64,000 nucleotides of DNA from positions 320,001-384,000 of the forward strand of contig CAWISW010000001.1 in assembly GCA_963838925.1 (NCBI GenBank), read 5' to 3'. Position 1 is the first letter of the stretch. Each line of letters opens with the position of its first letter. Positions 39,560 through 47,912 of this stretch are shown here, piece by piece. This DNA comes from an uncultured Nitrososphaerota archaeon (GTDB lineage: Archaea > Thermoproteota > Nitrososphaeria > Nitrososphaerales > Gagatemarchaeaceae). The position numbers and the translations under genes were made by a program. Below the pieces are notes generated by a model, which worked only from the letters and a program-made list of their open reading frames with translations, did not search any database and had not been told where the DNA came from.

Positions 39560-40895
39560 CGGTGGACCGCCCTCGGCTTCATCCGTGAGGTAGGGCGAAT
39601 GGGCGCTTAAATCGAATTTGCAGTTTTGGGTTTCGGCCCAATTGAAGTCAGCTCTCCGGTTTCGTCTCTATCCGAACAGAAAGCAGGAGTGGAGGCTGAT
39701 AAGGATGGTCGAGGCCGGGCGGCGACTGTGGAACATTGCTCTCTGCCACAGGAGACTGCGATGGGAGCAGAAGCGACTCTCCACCTCTTACAGCCAACAG
39801 TGCTTGATTCTTACTGCAGAGAGGCGCTTAGACCCGTTCTTGAAAGAGCTGTACTCACAAGCGGGTCAAGAGATACTCAAGCGCCTCGACAGGGCATTCC
39901 AGTCGTACTTCGACGGACGGGCAGGATATCCGAAGTTCAAAAAGTTCTCCGAATCGGGGTCGTTCACGTATCCTCAGGCTTACAAAGGATCTGTAAAGCC
40001 AGACATAGTGCGGAGGAGGCTCTTCCTCTCAAAGGTGGGAAATGTCAAGGTGGTTTTCCACAGAGAACTGCCTTCCGGGAGCGCGAGGTTGAAGACCTGC
40101 ACCATTGTTAGGGAACCGAATGGCGAATGGTACGCGTCTCTGGTCTACGAGGTATACAGGGAATGGCCTCAACCGTGTAAGGCGTTTACATCGCCGGTTG
40201 GAGTGGATTTAGGACTGAAATCAGTCATAACCACAACCGATGGAATCAAGATTGCACACCCTCAGTTCCTCAGGAAATCAGAGAGGCGGCTGAAGCATCT
40301 GAATCGAGCGCTTTCCAAAACGCTGAAAGCTTCGAGGAATAGAGAAAGAGCTCGCATAAAACTTGCGATCTGCTCGTCGACCGTCACGAGACAACGGACA
40401 GATTTCAATCAAAAACTGAGCCCATCACTGGTGCGGAAGCACGATTTGATTGCCTTTGAGGACCTGAAGGTCAGGAATATGGTCAGGAACCGCGTTGTTG
40501 CGAAGTCCATTATAGATGCCGGATGGCATCAGATTCGAATCCTTACAGAATACAAGGCAACATGGGCAGGGAAGCTCGTTGTGGGGGTGCCGGCAGCCTA
40601 CTCGAGCCAGGAATGCTTCTTTTGCGGCACGCTAAACCAGGTTCCTCTAAGCGTCCGCGTCTTTGACTGCCGAGGTTGCGGCCGGACGTTGGACCGCGAC
40701 CTAAACGCGGCGTGGATAGTGCTGAAGCGAGGATTCGCTCAGGTAGGGCAGGACATGCCCGAACTCAAGCCTGGGGAGACAGGACCTCTACCCGTCCCGG
40801 CAACGGGACGCGCAAGCCCCGTCGGTGAAGCAGGAACTACACGCGGCGAGCATCGAGCCGCTGGAATCCCAAAACCTCAGGTGGGAAGGATGTCA
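39560..40895 (+). mobile_element. IS200/IS605-family tnpB-only (IS1341-like) element; left boundary approximate
   Basis: Left subterminal hairpin CGCCCTCGGCTTCATCCGTGAGGTAGGGCG; right end GGAATCCC...GGGAAGGATGTCA; lower GC than flanks; no TIR/TSD seen. Confidence 0.75.
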
Positions 40896-41309
40896 CTTTT
40901 TCGACTCGCGCACGTAGTCTTCGAAGATCGCCTTGACCTTGTCGGCGGCGAGGCCGGAGCCCTCGGTCACCCCCTTGTCGGTGACCTTGATCTTCTCCAT
41001 CACGATTATGGCCCCTATGTCCTCCCTCACCGAGACCAGCCCGGGGAACACCCTGTTGAGCCTCTCGCCCAGGGCCTTGAAGTCGAACGGCCTGTCCGTC
41101 AGCCTGATCTCGCGGACGTTGTCGCCGTTCATGGCGACCTTGAAGACGTTGGGCCCCGCCCCGACCACCTTGTCGAGGACGATGTTGAGCCTCTCGTCCG
41201 CCCCCACGAGCTGGCCGTTGTACTCCTTCCCATCGGCCGTAACAACCACGACGTGCCTGCCAAGGAAGGCGTTCAACTCCTCCCCGAACTTTCGAAACAC
41301 AACCGATGA
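39642..41309 (+). CDS. tnpB: Canonical IS605-type TnpB; frame runs past the element end antisense through the Sm gene (meaningful part ends by ~40895)
   Basis: RFRLYPN HTH, GYPKFK, VGVDLGLK, IAFEDL, SSQECFFCG...CRGCG..DRDLNAA. Confidence 0.9.
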   Translation: MKSALRFRLYPNRKQEWRLIRMVEAGRRLWNIALCHRRLRWEQKRLSTSYSQQCLILTAERRLDPFLKELYSQAGQEILKRLDRAFQSYFDGRAGYPKFKKFSESGSFTYPQAYKGSVKPDIVRRRLFLSKVGNVKVVFHRELPSGSARLKTCTIVREPNGEWYASLVYEVYREWPQPCKAFTSPVGVDLGLKSVITTTDGIKIAHPQFLRKSERRLKHLNRALSKTLKASRNRERARIKLAICSSTVTRQRTDFNQKLSPSLVRKHDLIAFEDLKVRNMVRNRVVAKSIIDAGWHQIRILTEYKATWAGKLVVGVPAAYSSQECFFCGTLNQVPLSVRVFDCRGCGRTLDRDLNAAWIVLKRGFAQVGQDMPELKPGETGPLPVPATGRASPVGEAGTTRGEHRAAGIPKPQVGRMSLFRLAHVVFEDRLDLVGGEAGALGHPLVGDLDLLHHDYGPYVLPHRDQPGEHPVEPLAQGLEVERPVRQPDLADVVAVHGDLEDVGPRPDHLVEDDVEPLVRPHELAVVLLPIGRNNHDVPAKEGVQLLPELSKHNR

Positions 41310-41312
41310 CAT
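40893..41312 (-). CDS. Sm-like RNA-binding protein with C-terminal domain (SmAP3 type)
   Basis: Sm fold V.T.DGKEY.G.LVG.D..LNIVL, then FDFKALGERLNRVFPG; ATG 41312. Confidence 0.88.
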   Translation of the reverse strand: MSSVVFRKFGEELNAFLGRHVVVVTADGKEYNGQLVGADERLNIVLDKVVGAGPNVFKVAMNGDNVREIRLTDRPFDFKALGERLNRVFPGLVSVREDIGAIIVMEKIKVTDKGVTEGSGLAADKVKAIFEDYVRESKK

Positions 41313-41421
41313 CCGATTCGATTCCTGAACCTCCCGAGAGGGTATATAGGAATTATTTCGGCCGGCGCTGGTAACTCCTCGGCGCATAGGCGCATATATT
41401 TGAATAACGCGAAAATGATTA

Positions 41422-42696
41422 TTGCGAGCGACAAGGTCCGTCACCCAGTCCCATTCCAGCCAGCAGCTTGCAAGCTTGCTCTCAGAGTGTCTGACGATGA
41501 CTTGCAACGCCATTCACTACGCCCAAGAACACAAGATCAAGAGCCGCAGAGGAATGAAAGGGTTCTACAGGACGCTCAAGGACGTCGAGCTGCCTTTGTG
41601 CTACAAGGTCGGGTCGATATCGCGGGCTTGCGCCGTCGTCAACAGTCGCGAAAAGAGCGAGAGGCGAGGAGTCGCGGTCGGCCACCCCAAACCTCTTCGC
41701 CCGGCCGTTTGCATCACCTCGGGGTTCTTCATCACGATGAAGGGGAGGCTCTTCATCCCGTTGAGGCGTGACAGGTATTTCGACGTCCAGCTCAATCAGT
41801 ACATAATGGACTGGCTCGCCGACAAGAAAGTGAGGAGCCTCACCATTGCTTCCGACTCGCTCTCACTCTGCTACTCGGAGGACATCCGTCCAGCCCCTGT
41901 CAGGAGGGTCTACGGCGTCGACAGGAACGAGAAGAACGTCGCCTTCGGGGACAGAGAGAAGGTCATCCTGGTCGAGATGAAGAAGATTGTCAGGGTCAGG
42001 CAGACGACGAGGGAGATAGTCGCCTCGTTCAAGAGGAACGACGTCAGGATGCGAAGGAAGCTCTTCCGCAAGTACTGGAGGAGGGCGAACCACAGGGGCG
42101 ACCAGATCCTCCACGCGGCCGCGAACTACGTCATCGACGTGGCGGCGAAAGACGGGGCCGCGCTAGCCATCGAGGACCTAAGGGGCATCAGGAAGCTGTA
42201 CCGCAGGGGGAGCGGTCAGGGACCTGACTATAGGTTCAGGCTCAACTCATGGCCGCACTGGAAGGCCAAGAAGATGCTCGAGTACAAGGCCGCTTGGAAG
42301 GGAGTGACGACGATTGCGCTCACGAGGTCTGACACCTATGGATCCTCGTCGACGTGCTCGGCGTGCGGGGAGAGGCTCCGCAGTCCTGCGAAGGATGATG
42401 TCGCGCACCGGAGGATGCTGTGGTGTCAGGCCTGCAGTAGGTGGATAGACAGGGATGTGAACGCGCCCCTGAACCTGTCCATGAGGGGGCGGTCGAGGTT
42501 TGACCGTTCCCTTCCTTCCCGGTCGGAGCGCAATGAGGAGGAGGAAAGGCGCTCGCAACAAGCAACTCCCTCTTCCATCCCGACCGTGAAGGAGGAAGGG
42601 CTGGCAGGTGAAGCGGTGACGGGGAACGGGACGACTACCCTAATCCTCCGAGTCGATGCCAGCAAGTTGACTCGACGGCGTGAGCCGAAGAGTTAA
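41422..42696 (+). CDS. tnpB: TnpB-family RNA-guided endonuclease, paralog of 28144-29403
   Basis: VYGVDRN, LAIEDL, SSTCSACG/WCQAC, DRDVNA; colinear with copy 1 over full length. Confidence 0.88.
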   Translation: MRATRSVTQSHSSQQLASLLSECLTMTCNAIHYAQEHKIKSRRGMKGFYRTLKDVELPLCYKVGSISRACAVVNSREKSERRGVAVGHPKPLRPAVCITSGFFITMKGRLFIPLRRDRYFDVQLNQYIMDWLADKKVRSLTIASDSLSLCYSEDIRPAPVRRVYGVDRNEKNVAFGDREKVILVEMKKIVRVRQTTREIVASFKRNDVRMRRKLFRKYWRRANHRGDQILHAAANYVIDVAAKDGAALAIEDLRGIRKLYRRGSGQGPDYRFRLNSWPHWKAKKMLEYKAAWKGVTTIALTRSDTYGSSSTCSACGERLRSPAKDDVAHRRMLWCQACSRWIDRDVNAPLNLSMRGRSRFDRSLPSRSERNEEEERRSQQATPSSIPTVKEEGLAGEAVTGNGTTTLILRVDASKLTRRREPKS

Positions 42697-42703
42697 CAGA
42701 ACC
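42598..42703 (+). ncRNA. Putative omegaRNA scaffold overlapping tnpB 3' end (equivalent in copy 1 at ~28137-28248, minus strand); 5' end unknown
   Basis: Near-identical between copies; stem CGAGTCGA/TTGACTCG with loop TGCCAGC complementary to upstream GCTGGCA (pseudoknot). Confidence 0.6.
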
Positions 42704-42733
42704 TTTCGGCCCGAAGTGCGAGAGCGGCGAAAG

Positions 42734-44626
42734 GTGGCGCGCTTCCTCGCAAACGTCAATAACGGCCCGTCGTCGGAGGCCCTCGTGAGCGCAAGAAGGC
42801 GCTACCTCGCGTTGCGCTTCGTGGTCACCTTCCTCGCCGCCCTCTCGCTCGTGGACCTCCTCTCGATGCTCGCCGTAGTCGGCTTCCACGCCTACTCGCC
42901 TTCGGCGGTCGCGACGGGGGTCCTGGCGCCCATGACGTTCATCCTGGCGGGAGCGTCGTCGGCCGCGCTGGCCCTTTCGCTCGTCTACGCCCTCCTCGCC
43001 TACCCGGCCTACCGCAACACCACGCTCCTCCTGGCTCTCATCGTGCTTGGGCTCCTCGGGGCCCACCTCTACACCATCAACACGCCCCCGCTGGGCACCA
43101 CGGCCTCGCTGAGCGCGCCGATCGGGCACCCGGCCAACGACAACCTCGTCACCCTGTCTTCGAGCCTCACCGGGACGACCCTCCGCGCCACTGTCGCCGT
43201 CTCGGACGTCTCGGGCAGCGACGCGGTCGGCTCGCTGTCCATCGCCGTGGGGAACACCGTGCTGCCCACCTCGGGATGGACGTTCGCCCCGACCACGGTC
43301 ACCGCCTTGCAGCCTGGGTCGATCGACTCGGGCAACTGGTCCCTGCAGTCCGCCCCCTCAGGGCCCGTCACCCTCACCTACGAGGACCTGAAGTGCTACG
43401 CCACCGACAAGCAGGTCGACGGCTGCATAATGGACGAGGTCTACTACGTCCCCGCCGCGCAGACCCTGCTGGCCGGCGAGAAGTGCGCCCCCTACGCGGA
43501 CAACTGCAACCTGGAGCACCCCTTCCTATCCAAGGCCTTCATCGCTGCGGGGATAGCAATCTTCGGGAACGGGACATTCGGCTGGAGGATCTTCGAGGTG
43601 CTGCTGGGCACGTTCAGCGTCCCGGTCCTCTTCGGCATCTGCTGGTCGGTGACCCGCAACCAGAGGCTCTCCCTCTACGCCTCCTTCCTCCTCGCCTTCG
43701 AGACGCTCTTCTTCGCCCACTCCAGCATGGCGGTGATAGACGTCTCCGCCATCTTCTTCGGGCTCCTCGGCTTCCTGTTCTACTTCGCCAAGGTTCGCTG
43801 GTGGAAGTTCGATTCCATCGCCCTCACGGCCATCGCGTTCGGCCTCTCGGCACTCTGTAAGGAGACCGCGATCATGCTCCTCTTCGTCCTCCTCGCCTAC
43901 CACCTCCTCTTCGGAGACGGGAGCAGGACGCGCCGGGTCCTCTCGTCCGTCGAGCTCGTCCTGTCCGTCTTCCTGGTCTTCGCCGTGGGCCTCCAGATCT
44001 ACGACAGCCTCTTCGGGGCGGGTTCGGCGACCACGTTCCTGGGGCAGGTGGAGTTCATCCTGAAGTACGGGGCCTCGCTCACGATGACCCCGACCAGCCA
44101 GGGCTGGATCGACACGGTCCTGAAGACCCCCATCACGCCATGGAACTGGATAACATACTACTCCCCGGTCGGATACCTGATCACCAACGTGAAGGTCACC
44201 ACGGGGACGTCGTCCTACTCGTACGTCTCGGCCGGCTACTACGGCATCACCGACCAGTTCGAGGTCTGGATGGTCTACCTCTGGGGTGCCTACGCCGTCT
44301 ACCTCTGGTGGAAGACCAGGGGGACGCAGTTCGCCACCGAGTCGGACGCGAAGGACTTCAAGGTTGTGCGCCTCGCGCTCGTCTGGTTCCTCGTCATCTT
44401 CCTCGCGTACCTCGCCCTCTTCTACTACGGGCGCATCACGTACCCATACTACTTCATCCAAGCCGTCCCGGCGCTCGCCGTGGGCGCCGCCTACTTCCTT
44501 ACGAGGGGCTGGTTCCCGAAGCAGATAGCCTACATCGTCCTCGCCGGAGTCCTCCTCTGGTTCTTCATCTTCTACCCCGACAAGAGCTTCCTCCCGACGC
44601 AGCTCAGGGTCTGGCTGGGGCACTGA
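42734..44626 (+). CDS. GT-C (GT39/PMT-like) membrane glycosyltransferase with extra extracellular beta domain
   Basis: MDEVYYVPAA, NLEHPFLSK.FIA.GI, FGWR, many TMs; GTG start inferred. Confidence 0.85.
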   Translation: MARFLANVNNGPSSEALVSARRRYLALRFVVTFLAALSLVDLLSMLAVVGFHAYSPSAVATGVLAPMTFILAGASSAALALSLVYALLAYPAYRNTTLLLALIVLGLLGAHLYTINTPPLGTTASLSAPIGHPANDNLVTLSSSLTGTTLRATVAVSDVSGSDAVGSLSIAVGNTVLPTSGWTFAPTTVTALQPGSIDSGNWSLQSAPSGPVTLTYEDLKCYATDKQVDGCIMDEVYYVPAAQTLLAGEKCAPYADNCNLEHPFLSKAFIAAGIAIFGNGTFGWRIFEVLLGTFSVPVLFGICWSVTRNQRLSLYASFLLAFETLFFAHSSMAVIDVSAIFFGLLGFLFYFAKVRWWKFDSIALTAIAFGLSALCKETAIMLLFVLLAYHLLFGDGSRTRRVLSSVELVLSVFLVFAVGLQIYDSLFGAGSATTFLGQVEFILKYGASLTMTPTSQGWIDTVLKTPITPWNWITYYSPVGYLITNVKVTTGTSSYSYVSAGYYGITDQFEVWMVYLWGAYAVYLWWKTRGTQFATESDAKDFKVVRLALVWFLVIFLAYLALFYYGRITYPYYFIQAVPALAVGAAYFLTRGWFPKQIAYIVLAGVLLWFFIFYPDKSFLPTQLRVWLGH

Positions 44627-44644
44627 TCCCGGGGAGAGCCCTGC

Positions 44645-46192
44645 GTGAACGCGCTAGAGCGACACCCGGCGCTGCGCTTCGTCGTCGCCTTCCTCGCAGC
44701 GGTCTCGTTCGTGGACCTCTTCGCGATGCTCGTCATCGTGGGACTGCACGCCTACTTCCCGGCCGGCGTGGCGACGGGCGAGCTCTCCCCCATGACCTTC
44801 GTCCTCGCGGGAGCCTCAGGGTCAGCGCTCGTCCTCTCGCTGGCCTACGCCCTCCTCGCCTACCCTTCCCGTCGCAGGACCCTCCTCCTCCTGTCCCTCC
44901 TCGTCTTGGGGCTCCTCGGCGCGCACCTCTACACCATCAACACGCCGGACACGGCGAACTGCAATGACACCGCAAAGAACGTCCAGGGCTGCGTCATGGA
45001 CGAGGTCTACTACGTCCCCGCCGCCCAGACCATGCTCAGCGGCGAGAAGTGCGCCCCCTTCCAGGTGAACTGCAACCTCGAGCACCCGTTCCTCTCCAAG
45101 GCCTTCATCGCTGCGGGGATAGCGGTCTTCGGGAACGGGACCTTCGGCTGGAGGATCTTCAACGTCATCCTCGGCACCTTCAGCATCCCCGTGCTCTTCG
45201 GGCTGTGCTGGACCGTGACCAAGAACGAGCGCCTCTCGCTTTACGCGGCCTTCCTCCTCGCCTTCGAGACCCTCTTCTTCGTCCACTCGAGCATCGCCGT
45301 CATCGATGTCGGGGCGATATTCTTCAGCCTGCTGGGATTCCTCTTCTACTTCGCAAAGGCGCGCTTATGGAAGCTCAGCCACGTCTCGCTCGCCGGGATC
45401 GCCTTCGGGGTGGCGGTCCTCTGCAAGGAGACGGCGGCTCTCCTGTTCATCATGCTGATCTACTACCACCTCTTCTACGCTGAGGGCAACCGCGGCGCGG
45501 TGGCGCGTTCGACGGCCGTGCTCTGCGCGTGGACCTTCCTCGTATTCGCTGTGGGCATGCAGATCTACGACGGCGCCTTCGGCGCCGGGACGGCGACCAC
45601 CTTCATAGGCCAGACCTACTTCATCTTGGGGTACGGGGCCTCTTTCGTGATGACCCCGACGAACCGAGGGTGGCTCGACTCGGTCTTCAACACCCCCATA
45701 ACGCCACTGAACTGGGTGACCTACTACTCGCCAGTGGTATACCTCGTCACCACCGTCAAGGTGACCGCGGCCTCTGGGAACTATTCCTACGCCTCCGCCG
45801 GATACTACGGAGTCACCAGCCAGATTGAGGTCTGGCTGGTCTACCTTTGGGGCGCCTACACCGTCTACCTCTGGTGGAAGACCAAGGGCAAGACGTTCGC
45901 CTTGGAGTCCGAAGCGCGCGAGTTTCGCCTCGGGCGCCTGGCGCTGGTCTGGTTCCTCGTCGTGTTTCTAGGCTACGTCGCCCTCTACTTCTACGGGAGA
46001 GTGACCTATCCCTACTACCTCATCGAGGCCGCCCCCGCGCTGGCGATGGGCGCCGCGTACTTGCTCACCCGGGGCTGGTTCCCGCGGCCGGTGGCCTATC
46101 TCCTCCTCGCGGGGGTCTTCATCTGGTTCTTCGTCTTCTACCCTGACAAGAGCTTCCTCCCGACGCAGCTCAGGGTCTGGCTGGGCCACTGA
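44645..46192 (+). CDS. GT-C (GT39/PMT-like) membrane glycosyltransferase, tandem paralog
   Basis: Same DE and EHP motifs; colinear with upstream gene; identical C-terminus YPDKSFLPTQLRVWLGH. Confidence 0.87.
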   Translation: MNALERHPALRFVVAFLAAVSFVDLFAMLVIVGLHAYFPAGVATGELSPMTFVLAGASGSALVLSLAYALLAYPSRRRTLLLLSLLVLGLLGAHLYTINTPDTANCNDTAKNVQGCVMDEVYYVPAAQTMLSGEKCAPFQVNCNLEHPFLSKAFIAAGIAVFGNGTFGWRIFNVILGTFSIPVLFGLCWTVTKNERLSLYAAFLLAFETLFFVHSSIAVIDVGAIFFSLLGFLFYFAKARLWKLSHVSLAGIAFGVAVLCKETAALLFIMLIYYHLFYAEGNRGAVARSTAVLCAWTFLVFAVGMQIYDGAFGAGTATTFIGQTYFILGYGASFVMTPTNRGWLDSVFNTPITPLNWVTYYSPVVYLVTTVKVTAASGNYSYASAGYYGVTSQIEVWLVYLWGAYTVYLWWKTKGKTFALESEAREFRLGRLALVWFLVVFLGYVALYFYGRVTYPYYLIEAAPALAMGAAYLLTRGWFPRPVAYLLLAGVFIWFFVFYPDKSFLPTQLRVWLGH

Positions 46193-46229
46193 CCGTGCCG
46201 ATTCACGAACGTGTTAATCCTGACCCGAA

Positions 46230-47018
46230 TTGCGAAGGTTTTTCTACATCAACGCGCACCCACGCGCAGACACCTTGAGCCGGGTAGCTGAGGTCAAGTC
46301 GAGGATATCCTCGGTCGAGCTCCTCTCCACGCTGAAGAAGAGCTACAGCTACAAGGAGCTCTCGTCCATCCTCGGCCTCTCCGCGCCCATCCTCAGCAGG
46401 TACGTCAGGGGCCACGTCCTCCCGAGCCCCGCGCGCTCGGACAAGTTCGTCGCGGTCTTCCGCGAGAGGCTCCTGAAGAAGATGGTCAGCGACCACATCA
46501 GGCTCACCAACGAGGGGGCCTACGACCTCACCCGCGTCGTCCTGGACGTGGGCCTCCTCAAGCAGATAGCGAAGGTCGTCTACAGCGAGTTCGAGCCCTC
46601 TCGCGTGGAGAAGGTGCTCACGATGGAGGTGGACGGCGTCCCGCTGGCGGTGGAGATAGCGGACGAGTTCAACGTGAGCGTCGCGATCGCCAAGACCGAG
46701 CGCGACCTCGCGGCGGAGGAGTTCTACGAGCAGAGGATGGTCTACTCGCCGGACGCGGTGAAGTACCTCTACATCCCGAAGACCTCCCTCAAGAAGGGGG
46801 AGCACGTCCTCATCGTGGACGACCTGATCCGCTCAGGAGTGACCCTCGACGCGCTCGTGCGCCTCGCCGAGAAGGCCAGGGCGCGGCCCGTGGGGATCTT
46901 CACAATAGCCTCCTTGGAGGCCTCCCTCCCGAAGCTGAAGGAGCGCATGAAGCTGAACTGCCCCATCGAGACCCTCGTCACGCTCGAGCCGCCCAAGAAG
47001 CAGCAGTACAACTTCTAG
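46230..47018 (+). CDS. HTH-phosphoribosyltransferase fusion (PurR/APRT-like regulator)
   Basis: N-terminal HTH (YKELSSILGLSAPILSRYV.G), PRPP motif VLIVDDLIRSG.T. Confidence 0.85.
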   Translation: MRRFFYINAHPRADTLSRVAEVKSRISSVELLSTLKKSYSYKELSSILGLSAPILSRYVRGHVLPSPARSDKFVAVFRERLLKKMVSDHIRLTNEGAYDLTRVVLDVGLLKQIAKVVYSEFEPSRVEKVLTMEVDGVPLAVEIADEFNVSVAIAKTERDLAAEEFYEQRMVYSPDAVKYLYIPKTSLKKGEHVLIVDDLIRSGVTLDALVRLAEKARARPVGIFTIASLEASLPKLKERMKLNCPIETLVTLEPPKKQQYNF

Positions 47019-47033
47019 GAGGGGTAGCGAGGA

Positions 47034-47912
47034 TTGACAGGGCCGGCGTCCACGTTCGAGATAGACGACGAGTACGTGGAGGCCAGGATCCCTCCCAGGA
47101 GGCGCGACTCCCACAAGGGGATGAACGGGGTCGTCTGCGTGGTGGGCGGAAGCAGGACCTACCACGGGGCGCCCTTCCTCTGCGCCATGGGCGCGGCGCG
47201 CACCGGGGTCGACCTCGTCTATGTGGCGGTCCCGAGCATGGTGGCCGGCCCCATCAGGTCGCTCTCGCCCGACCTCATTGTCATCCCCCTCCCAGACAGC
47301 AAGCTCACGCGCGGCAACGCCTCGAGGCTCGCGAGCTGGCTGCCAGAGCTCGGTTGCATCGGGATAGGCCCCGGCCTCGGACCCCAGAACCCCAACGAGC
47401 TCAAGAACGCGCTGGCGATGCTCTCCGCGAAGTGCCGCACGCTCGTGGTGGACGCCGACGCCCTCCGCCCCTCAATCCTCGAGGCCCCCGAGGCCCAGAG
47501 GGCGAAGATGGTCGTCACCCCCCACGCCAAGGAGTTCGAGAGGCTCTTCGGGGTCGACCTCCCGGACTCGCTCGACGGGAGGGTCGCCGCTGTCAGGAAG
47601 GCGGCCGCAGAGCACGGGCTGGTGGTGCTCTTGAAGGGGCCGACCGACGTGGTAAGCGACGGCGACAAGGTCGGGCTCAACGACATCCACTCCCCCGCGA
47701 TGACGGTCGGCGGGACGGGCGACGTCCTCACCGGAGTCACGTCGGGCCTCGCCGCGAAGGGCGTGGGAAGGTTCGAGGCCGCCTGCTGCGCGGCCTACAT
47801 CAACGGCCTCGCGGGGGCGGAGGCCGCCAAGGAGCTCGGCATGCACATAGTCGCCTCCGACGTCGTGGCGTGCATCGCCAAGGCGATGAAGCGGTTTGAC
47901 AAGCTCGAGTGA
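47034..47912 (+). CDS. nnrD: ADP-dependent NAD(P)H-hydrate dehydratase
   Basis: SHKG.NG.V.VVGGS..Y.GAP, GPGLG, VDADAL, TPH.KEF.RL, GGTGDVL.G. Confidence 0.93.
   Translation: MTGPASTFEIDDEYVEARIPPRRRDSHKGMNGVVCVVGGSRTYHGAPFLCAMGAARTGVDLVYVAVPSMVAGPIRSLSPDLIVIPLPDSKLTRGNASRLASWLPELGCIGIGPGLGPQNPNELKNALAMLSAKCRTLVVDADALRPSILEAPEAQRAKMVVTPHAKEFERLFGVDLPDSLDGRVAAVRKAAAEHGLVVLLKGPTDVVSDGDKVGLNDIHSPAMTVGGTGDVLTGVTSGLAAKGVGRFEAACCAAYINGLAGAEAAKELGMHIVASDVVACIAKAMKRFDKLE

Larger units (their letters stand above)
41364..42703 (+). mobile_element. Non-autonomous tnpB-only element with 23-bp TIRs and 8-bp TSD (copy 2)
   Basis: TIRs 41364-41386 and 42681-42703 (18/23 complementary); direct repeat TTTCGGCC at 41356-41363 and 42704-42711. 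Confidence 0.9.

Noticed and set aside
40896-41309. Apparent C-terminal extra domain on the 563-aa TnpB
   Set aside because: It is the antisense read-through of the Sm gene beyond the element end, not a fused domain.
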